NCBI GenBank assembly: GCA_004431415.1
Contig: QPMI01000127.1
Coordinates: 124,001-188,000 of the forward strand
Length of the DNA stretch: 64,000 bases
Direction: 5' to 3'
Origin: Cyanophora paradoxa CCMP329
Taxonomy: Eukaryota; Plantae; Glaucophyta
Under the pieces are notes generated by a model. The model was not told where the DNA came from. It ran no database searches and saw only the letters and a program-made list of their open reading frames with translations. Shown here in pieces: positions 39,396 to 50,783 of this stretch; positions within the stretch are counted from its first letter, which is position 1; each line of letters starts with the position of its first letter. Made by a program: the position numbers and the translations under genes.

Positions 39396-42300
39396 GTTGG
39401 AGGGGGTAGGCGCCTGCTCGAGGACGGCGTTGGGCTGCCCCGCGATGGTGGGCGCCAGGACCTTCAGGAGCCCCCTGGACTCGAGGCCCCCGGGGCCCAG
39501 CGGCGGCAGTTCCGCCACCGTACCCGTGCACCTGGGGGGGGGGGGAGGGGGGGAGGGTAAGAGCGAGGCGGGGGGATGGAGCGGGAGGGGGTACGGACCG
39601 GAGGAAGTTGGCGCCGTCGGCGCTGCCGGCGGCGAAGGCGTCGACGCGCGCGTTGCCGGCGGACGTGGCGGAGGGGAGCTCGAGGGCGATGGGGTACCCC
39701 CCCGTGCCGAGGGCGATGTGCGTGAGGAGGCGCGCGAAGGCGTCGGCGACGGCGGCGGGCTGCAGGGGCGGGCACAGCATCGCCCCGGGCTCCAGCCCCA
39801 GCAGCTGCGCCCGTCCGAGAAGAAGTGAGGAAGAGGAGCAGAGCAGAGGCGGAGCAGCGAGTAGGATGGAGGGGGTACGAGCCTCTCGGAAGCGCACGCC
39901 CCAGCCGTAGTCCGGGCTCTCCCCCACCGCGAGGCAGTGCCCAGCCACGCGCGCCGGCCCCGCCGACCGCGTCAGGCCCCTGCCCCGCCCCGCCGCCCGT
40001 TTGCGAGGCCCGACGGGGTACCGGAATCGAAGAGCAGAGGGGGTACCGGAACTCGGAGAACGCGTCGGCGGGGTCCACGTGCCATGTCTCTTTGCAGCTG
40101 TGCTGCCCCGTCATCTGGTTCCGGGACGGGCCGTGCGGGGTGGGTACAGCGTTTTCAAAAAATCCGGAGCGGGGGTACGCGGACCGCGAGGACGACGTGG
40201 AGATCCCACTCGCCGGGGCGGAGGTCGCGCGCGAACTTTCGGCGCAGCGCGTTGATGGCCTCGCAGCAGGCCTCAAAGGCGACGTGGAGGCAGCAGATGG
40301 GCCGCCCCACTTTGATCTCCTTCGCCAGCGCCTCGCCGGCCGGCCCGTCGAGCGGCGCCGCGCGGTCGGAGAAGGCGACGGCGGCGGCGCGGACGTGGGC
40401 GCAGCCGGGCGTCTGGAGCAGCTGGAGGCCCTCGGCGAGGGCGCGCTGGAGGACGGGCCACGCGCCCTGCACGAATCCGCTGTTCTCGGCCACGAGGAGG
40501 ACCAGGGTGGTCCGGAGGGGCGTCGGGCGGAAGACGGAGGCAGTCAGAAGCCCCTGGTCCAGCGGCGGCTGCCCAGCGAACGGGAACCGGTTGCTCTCGT
40601 TCCGCCGCCGCAGCCGCTTGTCCGACGTCGCCCCCGCGCCGCCCTGCCCGCGGTACACGGCTCGGCCGCGGGGGAGGAGGAGGAAGAGGGGGGTACGCGC
40701 ACCGGCGGCAGGTCGCCTCCCGCCGTGATCGTCATCGCCTCGTCGACGACAACCGCGGCCGTCACGCGCCCGCCCTGTGGGTCTGCGGGGGTACAGTAAA
40801 GAAAGGTCATAGCGTAAAAAAGTTTACAGGGGTACCGGGTTCGACGCGGAACTCGAAGGGGGAGGCGGGGAGCTCCTGCCCCGCGAGGGCGATGCGGAGG
40901 ACGTAGGGTCCGGGTACAAGCGCGCGCGGCCGCAGCACGAGGTCCAGGTGGTGCCCGGGCTGGAAGCCTGGGTACAGGTTTCAGAGGGAAAGGGGAGGGG
41001 GGTACGGGAGAGACAGGCGGCTCGCCCTCGGTGGGGGGCGGAGGCTCCAGCTCGGGCCAGACGAGCCCAGGGCCGTACGCGTCCACAAAGAGCTCCGGAA
41101 GCTGTACCCGGGAAGAAGGTTAGGAGGGAATCTGGGGGGGGGGGAGAAAAGGAGGGGGGGTAGGGGCGCCTGCTCGGGCATGACGAGGGCATTCCCGAAG
41201 GGGTCCACGAGGGGTATGCGGTGGTCCGTCGTACCCCCGCTCCGGAGCACCAGCTCCTGCGGGTGAGGGGGGTACACGTTGGGGTGGGGTCAGGCTCGGG
41301 GGAAGAAGGCGCAGGGGAGTACCTTGGAGGAGATGGCGCCCGTGAGGACCTCCCAACGTGCGGGACTACCCGGCAGCTCCGCCCCCTGCCCCGTGCCCCG
41401 GACGCATCGGACTCTCATGTACCCCCACGAGAGGGGGTACGCGCACGGCGGTGGCAACGGAGAGTATGTACTTTCCGGCGCGCTTCGGGGGATCGCCCTT
41501 GTACTCCCCGTTCCCGATCTGGCGCGGGCCGTACCCCGTTAGCGGGGGGTACGCCTCTTTGATTCGGGGTAAGCGCATCGCACCGGCTTGAAGGGGGGGA
41601 ACTGGAAGGGGTCGTCGTTTCGCCAGCAGGCGAACTCCAGCAGCGGCCGGTCGTCCGTTTCCGAGCGCGTGCTGGAAAGCGGCGGGGGGTATAGTCAGAT
41701 CGCGGGTGGAGGGGGTGGTTCGGGGAGGGGTACGGCGCGCTTTCCGAACTCGTCGCGGCAGATGACGGAGAGCTCGACCTGCCCCCGGGGGGGAAGGGGG
41801 AAGTCAGGCCGGCGAGACCGCGAGGGGCACGAGGTCTTGGAAAAGAAGAATGCGGAGGGGGAGGGGGGGAGGGGGGGAGACGGTGCCGGCGGAGTTCAGG
41901 GGGCTCGGGGGAGCTGGGCTTGGCGCACCTGCGCCCCGGCGACGATCGAGGTCCCCTTGAACGAGCACTGCGGGGGCGTCAGAATGAGGGGGAAGAAGCT
42001 CGGGGGTACGATGAGAGGAGGAGGGGGGCGTGCCTTGAGCTCGGAGCGGGCGAGGTCGAGGGGCCCCGGCTGCACCACCAGCTCCAGGCCCGTCCCCGTC
42101 AGCTGCTCCCCGCCGGATCCCGGACCGCCCCTCAGCGGCGCGCGAGCGAAGGCGAGCGGAGCGGAGGGGAGCTAAGCGGGGGAGCGGGGGGCGGCCTCTT
42201 CAGCTGCGCCGAAAGCGCCCCTCCGGGGCGGGCCGGGCGAGAGGACCGGAGTGAGGCTGCGGCGGCGCCCCAAAGCGGCGGAGAGCACGGCGTAGGGGAG

Positions 42301-44997
42301 AGGCGAGCTCCACTAGGACTGGGGTCGGGGAGGCCGGGCCCGAGGAGCCCGCTAGCTCGCCTCCCAAAAGAGAGCGGGGGCGGGCGGGCGGGCCTTGAGG
42401 ATGTCGGAGACGATGACGTGCAGGACGTACTTGCCCGAGCGCTCCGTGAAGAACGAGATCCGCTGCACCCCCGTGTCCTCGTCCACGATCTGGGAGGGGG
42501 GAGGAGGGGGATGTCGGCTTCGCCATCATCGGCCCGCGCTCGCCTAGAGCTGGTCCATCGGGTCTGGGCCCTCTCTGGAGGAGGGGCGGCTCGGACCTCG
42601 ATCTCGTTGCCGACGACGAGGGAGCCCGTCACGTACACCGTCAGCGGGTCCCGCCACCCCTGCGCACGCCCGGTTTGTTCGAGGGGGGCGCGTTTGTTCG
42701 AGCGGGGGGAAGGCAGGGGGAGGTGCACCGCGCGCGAGTTGCCGTAGCGGTCGCGGAGGGATACAAGGACCTCGAAGGCCTCGCCTGAAGGGGGAGGGGC
42801 GGGGATTTGAGGTGGGGGTACGTAGTTGGAAACGGGAGGAAGGCGGGGCCGACCGGCGGTCTTGACGCTGACCCCGTCGACGAGCTCGACCGTGCAGTTG
42901 CGGTCGAAGATGGCCGCTGCGGTGGGGAGGGGGCGGGTGAGCAGTTGAAAGGAAACGGGTGGGGAGGAAGAAGGAGAGGGAGTGGTGAAGCGCACTCGCG
43001 TACACGAAGCAGGCCACAGGCGAGTCCTGCGATCGGGGTGACGGGGGTACGGGATGCGGTCCGGGATGGGATGGGGGGTACGGCGGCGCGCCTTGATGGG
43101 GGACCCGTTGACGGCGGCCGTGACTGTGTACTGCCCCGCGAGGACGGGGAAGAATGCCACGCTCACCTACCCCCCCGTGGGGGTCAGGGGGGAACGCTTC
43201 GAGGAGGGGTACGGCTCCGCCGCGCGGGGCGCACGTGCGCCTCGTCGGCCCATTGGACGTCGGGGCGGACGTCACGCCCGTCGGGGCCTGCGGGGCCGCT
43301 CGCGCGGGGCGGGGCGGGGCGGGAGGGGGGTACGCGTGCGGGGTACCCACCGACGATGGACGCGGTGACCTGTACCCCCTCGGGCCGCTCGCCGGCGTCG
43401 TACACGTTGTCGTACCCGTCCATCATCCTGCGCGCCCCGCTCGAGGCGGGCCGGGGCGCTCGAGCCGAGGCGAACGGGGCACCGTATGAAGAGCTCGAGG
43501 GACTGCCCTGCGACGAACATCTCTGCCTCGGGCTCGAAGGTGCAGGCTTCCGGCACGATGGTCCCTGCCCGCAGCACCAGCCGCAGCGGCGCCGTCCCGC
43601 ACGCCTTCCCCCGGCAGAACGCCTGCCCAGGGCTCGCGAGGTCAGGCCCGGCCGACTCTAGGATAAGAAGCCCGAGGGGGGTATGCCGGCCCGCCTGGAG
43701 CTCGTAGAGGCCCCGCGTGAAGAGCACGGCGTGCACGTCGTACGAGCCGTCCCCTGCGCCCGCCCCGGGCCTCGCGGGGGGGATGGGTGGAGGCCGGGGG
43801 GGGTACAGGAGCGCACCGAGGTCCTTGATCCAGATCGACTCGGCGGTGGGGGAGGGTACGCCGGTCTGGGGGACGCCGGCTCGAACTCGAGCGGGGCGGG
43901 CCCGAAGAAGGAAGAAAGGGGTACGCAGAAAGAGAGCGCGCCTGGGAGGAGGACATGACGACGGTGGTCAGGCGGAGCGGGTCGCCGCGCTGCGGGGGCG
44001 CCCCCCCCTCCGACGCCGAGGCCACCGGCGCGATCTGAAAAGAGAGGGTGAGAGGAGGAGGGCGGGGCGCGCTCGCTCGCTCTCGCTCGCTCGCGCGCTC
44101 GCGCGCTGGCTTGCTGGCTGGCTCGCCTCGACGCGGAGGGCGTCGCCATCGGCGCCCTTGGCGCAGGGGTTCCCCAGCGCGTCCGTGCCCCGCACGCGGA
44201 CGGAGAAGGGCGACCCGGCGCGGGCCTCCTGCGCCCGCTCCACGAAGCCGAAGGCGGCGGGCGCGCCCGGCACCACGACCCAGTGGAAGGGCGTCGCCGC
44301 CAGCGGGCGCCCCAGGAACGAGACCGAGACCTGCCGCATTTTTCGGGTAAGCTGGGCGGAGCGGGGCGGGGCCGGGCGGGCGGGGCGCCTCGTAGACGTC
44401 GGCCTTGGTCGGGGCGAAGGAGGCCGTGCACATGCCCGAGGCCCCCGCGTCGACCACCCTCACGGGCACCGGCCCTGCGCCCGCCCGCCCCGTCGGCCGG
44501 CGGGAGGCGTGGCGGCGGAGGCGGCGGCGGCGGAGGCGGGGCGCGCCTGCGGTGGACCCGACGACCTCGACCGCAAGGCGCCGCGCCACGCCCGTCGAGC
44601 CGCCGAGCATCCGCCCCTGCTTGTCCCGCATCGTGACTCGGAACGAGCACTCCTGGCCTGCCCCGCCGCGCGCTTAGCTGCGGTTAGCTGCGGGCGTCGC
44701 CGCGAGCCCACCGGCCGAGCTCTTGCAGTATCTGGCCTGCGCGACGGTCAGCCGCCGTGGTGAGCGCTTCGGGCGGGGCACGGGGCGCGCCTCGACGGTG
44801 GACTGGACGAGGTCCACATTGCCTGCGGGCCCTCAGGCCGATGCGCGCGCTGCGAGAGCATTGAAGATACACGCACTGAGGATCTCCGCGTCGGCTGGGC
44901 CCAGCGTCTTGAGCTCCTTCTTCGTCAGGTTGAGCGACTGCTGGAACTGCGCCTGCAGCTGCGCGAGCCGCGGGTCCGAGCCCCGCTGCTGCAGCAT
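38650..44997 (-). CDS. Large multi-exon protein with filamin/Ig-like repeats and a possible vWA-like alpha/beta domain
   Basis: Repeated filamin-type strands (FRVTMRDKQG, TASFAPTKADVYE.VSVSFLG.PL..TPF, FSVRVRGTDALGN, VAFFPVLAGQYTVTAAVNGSPIK, FEVLVSLRDRYGN), then TTLVLLVAENSGFV...AAAVAFSD. Treating it as a single gene is an inference. Confidence 0.65.
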
Positions 44998-45192
44998 CGA
45001 GTCGAGCGCCCGGGCACGGTGCTAGCTGGGTCGATTGGGCGGCATGCTGTCTCCGGCTCACTGTGCGGAGCCTGTACCCCAGTCGCGTTGCAACTGGCCG
45101 CGACCGCCGCTTCTGCAGCTGACAGAGAGCCACCTTGAGAGCGCACGGCCGTCATATTCCGAGCTTCAGCTACAGCTCCGATCGGCGGTTCA

Positions 45193-47293
45193 ATGTCGTT
45201 CGGACAGCTGCCAGACGGCGTCCTCTCGCACGTCCTCGAGTGCCTGGGCCTGCAGGGCGCGGCCGTCGCGCGCCGTGTCTGCCGCCGCTGGCGCGATGCG
45301 GCCGAGGCGGTGGTCTGGCGCCGCCTGGACGCCCTCGCGCTTCGCTCGGAGCACGCGGATGCGCTCGCCTGCCTGCTGGTGGGGGCTCAAGCTCAGGAAC
45401 GAGCGCTCGGCGATCCGGCAGCTCGCGCGCCGCGGCGCCGGCTGTGGATCCGCGTGGCTCCGGGTGCGGCGCTGCAGCTGCAGCTGGAGGTCGAGGGATT
45501 GGAGTACTCGCCGTGGGATCGACCGAGTAAGCCGCACAGGAGGAGCCCGTGGGAGGCGGTCCTCGCGCTCGTCACGGCGTGCGTGGCGGCGAGCGGCGCC
45601 GGCGGCCTCGGCGCCATCGACGTCGGGTTCGGCTCCGGCGTGGACGCCTGCGTCTTCGACCTGCTGCGCCACCTCGTCCCGCCGGCCTCCGCCGCCTGCC
45701 CCGCGCTCCGGAGCCTTGCGCTCCGGGGCGGCCTCCACGACAGCGAGTGCGACGGATTCCCCGCCGACTTTGAAGAGCTCCTCCGCCCCTTCCCCAACCT
45801 CGAGAACCTCGCCCTCCCCGTCTGCTCCGTCTCCGACCGGCCCGCCGTCGAATCCATCGCCCGCTGCCTCCCTCGCCTCAAGCGGGTCCGCCCCGCCCCG
45901 CCCCGCCCCGCCCTGCCCCGCTTCTCCCGCCCCTCCTCTTGAGCCCCGCGCCGCAGCTGCAGATCAACCTGGGGAGCTACGATGACGCGGCGCGCCTGGC
46001 CGCGCTGCCCCGCCTCGAGTCCCTCGAGGTCCTCGAGGACGCGGCGTACGACGAGGGGGAGGAGTACGACCTCTTCGACGCCGCGCCGCTGCTCGAGGGC
46101 CTCGCCTCCGGCCCCGCCGCCCTCTCCCTCAAAGAGTGCGCCCGCTCTCCAGAGCTCCGCCTAATCTTTCCTTCTAACTGATTCGGCGCAGGCTCCGCGG
46201 CCCCTTTCAGCTCTCCGCCCGCGCCCTGCGCGCCCTGCCGCGCCTCCCCGCCCTCGAGCACCTCCAGGCGCTCGCCATGGTCCGTCCGCCTCTGCGCTCT
46301 TCCCTTCTTCTTAAGCTTGTTCGCTCGCCCCGGCCGAGCTCCCCGGGCCCGCCCCGCCCCGCCCCGCCCCGCCCCGCCCGCAGCTGGACTCGGACGTCGG
46401 CAGGGACGAGCTGGCGGCGCTCGGGGCCTGCGCGGCGCTCAGGAGCGTGGGCCCCTCAGGCTGTGCCCCCGGGCGGCGAGGCGGCGCACCCGCTGCACGC
46501 CGCCCGTCTCGCCGGCCTCGCCGCCGCCTTCGAGCGCTCGGCCTCTCTCGCCGGCCTCGAGCTCCGCGTCGGTGCCCGCGCTCGAGCTCTGATTCGCATT
46601 CCGCTCCTTCCCATCCCACCGCGCGTCTCACGCTCCACACCTTCAGACGTGCCGCTCGAGGGCGCGGAGACCGAGGCGATCGCTGCGCTGGCCCGGGCGG
46701 CGCGGGGGCGCCTCTCCCTCGTTATGGAGGTCGACCTCGCGCCGGGCCGCCCCGCGGAGCTCGCGGCGGCGCTGGCGGCCGGCCCGTCGGGGCGCCTCGT
46801 CCTCTCGGCCACCGTCACCGAGGATGCGCTGGAGGGCGGCCGCGCCGACGCCCTCGCCGCCTTCGCCGGCTGCTCCGCCGGCGACCTTGAGGTGCTGGGG
46901 CTCGAGCTTGCGCCCCCGAGCCGCCCGCCCGCCTGACCCTTCCGCCTTCCCACGGCCGCCCAGGTGCGGCTCTGGCTGAGGACGGACGCCCAAATCGCGG
47001 AGGAGAAGGGACGCGAGGAGGCGGAGCGGGCGTCGGTGGCGAGCGACTGCGTTCCGGAGGACCCGAGAGACGAGCGCGACGACGTGCGCTCTTAATAAGG
47101 CTCTTAACAGATTCAAATGGATCCAGCGACGAGTTCCTGATAGATCTAGAAATGAAATGCGCAGGAGGACTTCGACGACTCGGACCTGCGCGAGGCGGCG
47201 GCGCGCCTCGAGGCGCGCCTGCGGGAGGCGGCGGGGCAGGCCCTCCCCGCCGCCCGCCTCCTCGTCTCCTCCAGCGCCCGCCGCCCGTGGTAA
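45193..47293 (+). CDS. F-box protein with LRR-like region, paralogue of 17040-19235
   Basis: MSFGQLPDGVLSHVLECLGLQGAAVARRVCRRWRDAAEAVVWRRLD, ACPALRSLAL and FPNLENLAL, with a similar intron layout. Confidence 0.78.
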
Positions 47294-47871
47294 CCAACTA
47301 GTTACGTATATGTAGATTAAATGTTATAATTAGACTCAGCTGCAGTGACTAATCGGCTACGTATACACATGCAAATCAAAACGCATGTGCATGTTTTACG
47401 CTGCGACTGAGTGCTACCACGGTGATATTCAAACGAATATTAATAAGCTACTCAAGAATTGAAACTGAATGCTCTAAGCTATTTATATCGATATCCAGCT
47501 GCAGACTAATATTTGCGCATTCACACCGCGCCGGTAACGTTAACGTTTTAACTGTATACGTATTGTCACTAGTACTGTCATACGGATTGTCGCCGCACTG
47601 CCATACGCACTGCTGTGCTGATGTAAATAGATAGAACTATGACAGTACGGTGTAGAATACAAAATCAAAATTAAACATCTGCATGTACACAAGAAAGAAA
47701 TATCGGTAGCCGCCCAAGCTTTTAAGACTGCTGTTTTCAAGTTCAAAATTCAAAGAATGTAAGTATATTCGAGGCGAGCCGAGCCTCGGAGGGCGAGGCC
47801 GTGGAATGGAAAAACTTGGAATGCCATGATGGGGCAATGATTAATTCTTAATTATAAACTGCCGGCGCGAT

Positions 47872-50748
47872 TTAAAGCGCCGCGCGCTCACGCCTCCTCC
47901 GCTGCGGGCGGCCCGCCATGGCCCATGCCCGCGGCGCTGCGGCCCGCTTCGGGGGCAGGGGCGGCCTCGGCAGGCGGCGCCGGGGCCGCGCCGGCGCCGG
48001 GCGGAGGCAGGGGCCGGGGCGGCCGCTGGGGTCCGGGGCGGGCGGGAGGCCGAGAAACGCGCGGACGACGGCGATCAAATTGTCGATCTTGAGGGCTTGG
48101 CGTGGAAGTCGTCCATGCCGGCCGCCGCGCACGCCTCCCGGTCCTCCCGCGTGCAGTTCGCCGAGAGGGCGACGATCGGCAGCGGCCCGGCGGCAGCGCC
48201 CCGTCCCCCTCCAGCCGCCGGATCTCCTCCGCCGCCCGAGCCCGTCCAGCACCGGCATCTGCACGTCCTGCGCCCCCGCCCCGGCGTCAGGCGCGGCCGC
48301 GCGGGCGGGCGCGGGTGCGGGGGGCGGGGCGCGCCATGAGGCAGAGGTGGAAGGGGTCGGAGCGCTGGTGCTGGAGGAGGGCGTCGACGGCCTGGCGCCC
48401 GTCGTGCACGACGCGGAAGCGGCAGCCCGTCCGCGCGAGCAGCTTGGTGAGGACCAGGCAGTTGAACGCGTTGTCCTCCGCGCACAGGATGTTCGCCTCC
48501 TCCATCCGCCCCGGCCGCGGCGGCTTTCGGGTGGAGAGGCGCTGGGACGTCGGGGGTACCGAGTCGCGGCCGTCGGCCTCTCGGGTGCGGGGTGTGTCCA
48601 GGGAAACCAGAGAGGTTACGGAGGGCCGGGGGAGGGCGAGGAGGCGGCTTCGGGACGGCGTGCGGGGGTGGCCGTGCGGCGAGGCGCGGGCGCCCGGGCT
48701 CGGCGGGGCCGGCGCCTCGATCTCGAGGCCGGCCGGGGCAGGGGCGGGGGCCGGGGCCGGGGCGGGGCCGAGGGCGTCGAGGGCGTCGAGGCGGAACAGG
48801 AGCGCCTCCGCCTCCGCCACGCGGACCGGCGTCGTCAGCGACGGCTGCCCCGCCGCCCCGCCCCCGCCTCTGCCTCCCGCCGCCGGCCCGCGGCCACACC
48901 ACGACCAGCGGCACCGCGCCGCGCCGGTGCGGCGCCGGCGGCAGCGCGGCGAGGCCGAGGAGGCCGGCGGCGCGGGCGGCGCCCAGCGCGAGGACGGCGA
49001 CCGTGCGGCCGGCGCCGGCCGCGTCCCCGACCTCCCCGTCCGCCTCCTCGAAGGAGGGGTACAGCGCGAGGCCCGGCCGCGGCCGCCGCTGCCGCGCGCA
49101 CGCCGCCAGCAGGCCCTCCGCCACCGACTGCGAGAGCGCCGGCGGCCCACCACGGCGAAGCGCAGCGGCGCGGGGCCGCCCGCCGCCGCCGCCGCCGCCG
49201 CGTCGGCCGCCTCATCGGCGCCCCAGTCCGCCACGCGCAGCGGGATCGCGAAGTGGAACCTGCCGCCGCGCGAGCGAGCGCGAGCGCGCGTCAGGCGGGG
49301 GCCGCGGGCGCCGCGGGCGGGCGGAGCGGGGTAGTGGTCGCGCCTGGAGCCCCGGTTGGGGGCGCTCTCGACCTCGATGGAGCCGCCGAGCTCGTTGACG
49401 ATCGCCGCCGAGAGCGCCAGGCCCAGCCCTGCCCCCGGCCCCTCAGAGGCGCCGCCGCCGGGGCCCGGGGCGGGGCGGGGGTCCTCGCCGGTGCCGCCGA
49501 AGCGGCGGGTGATGGTGGCGTCGGCCTGCGCGAAGGGGCGGAAGAGCTTCTTGACGTTCTCCGGCGAGATCCCTGCCCCGCCGCCCCCGCTTCGGCTTCG
49601 GCCCGCGGGGCGGCGGCGCGGGGCGGGGAGGGCGGGGCGGGGCGGGGCGGGGGCACCGATGCCCTCGTCGGAGACGCTGAACTCGAGCCAGGCGACGCGC
49701 TCGCCTCCCCCGGGGCGCTCGGGAGGTTTCCCGAGGACGGAGGCCGCGGAGGCCGCGGCGGCGGCTCCGGCGTGTCGCGGCCGCGGAGGAGGCTACGGCG
49801 GGAGGCGTCCAGAGCGTCGCTGCCCGAGTCCGCGCCCGCGTCCGCTTCCCCGGCCGCCCCCGCCGCCCCTGCTGCCGCCAGCTCGGCTGAGCCACGCGTG
49901 CGAGGCGGGGCTCTCAGAGTGCGGGCAGAGTTGAGCGCACCGCGGGAAAGGACGGCGGGAGATGGGCAAGCCGGCAGCGCCGGCGATGCGGAGCGGACCG
50001 TCGCGCCGGCGCCGGCCGACTCATAGGAACCGACGCGGTTGCTGGCGATAAGGCGGCGGAACGAGTGCGAGAGGGCGTTGAGGCGCTGGGAGCGGGTGCG
50101 GCCGGCGCGGGCCGGGCCGGGAGAGGGCGGCGCCGGTGCCGACTCGGAGCGGAGATGGGCGGGGCGGCCACGCGCGAGGCGGACCTCGACGAGGACGGTG
50201 CCGCCGCCGCGGCTGAACTTGATCGCATTCGACGTCAGGTTGATCTGCCGCCGGGTCACGCCGGGCGTGGCGGGTGGGGCGGGCGGGGCGGGCGGGCGGA
50301 CCAGGACCTGGCGGAGGCGGACGGGGTCGCCGGCGATGCGCGCCGGCACCTCGGGCGAGAGCCGCGTCAGCAGCTCCACCCCTGCCCCGCCCCGCCCGTC
50401 GCCCCGGCCCCGCGCTCCGGGGCGGGGCAGCCGCGGGGCGGACCCTGCTGCTGGGCGGCCATGACGAGGAGGTCGGCCGAGTCCTCGAGGCAGCGCCGCA
50501 GCTCGAACTCGGTCTCCTCCAGCACCAGCTTGCCCGACTGCACCTTCTCCCAGTCCAGGATGTTGCTGATGATCTCGACCAGCGACTCGCCGGCCTTGGC
50601 GATCAGCTCCGCGAACTCGAGCTGCTCCGCCGTGAGGCCCGTGTCCCGCAGCAGCGCCGCGCACCCGACGATCCCCTGCCCCCGCCGCCCGCCCCGTGAG
50701 GCGTGCACGCGGCGGGCGGGGCGGGGCGGGGCGCGGGGCCGGGGCGGA

Positions 50749-50783
<35 letters not shown>

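Noticed and set aside
39357-39396. Poly-G tract (also poly-C at ~21836 and ~30071) as a functional G-quadruplex
   Set aside because: These are intronic or intergenic homopolymers of unreliable length with no further support.
47918-50026. 702-aa plus-strand ORF (similarly 16906-19131 and many Arg/Pro/Ala-rich ORFs)
   Set aside because: It is an antisense or off-frame shadow of a real spliced gene, with low-complexity composition.
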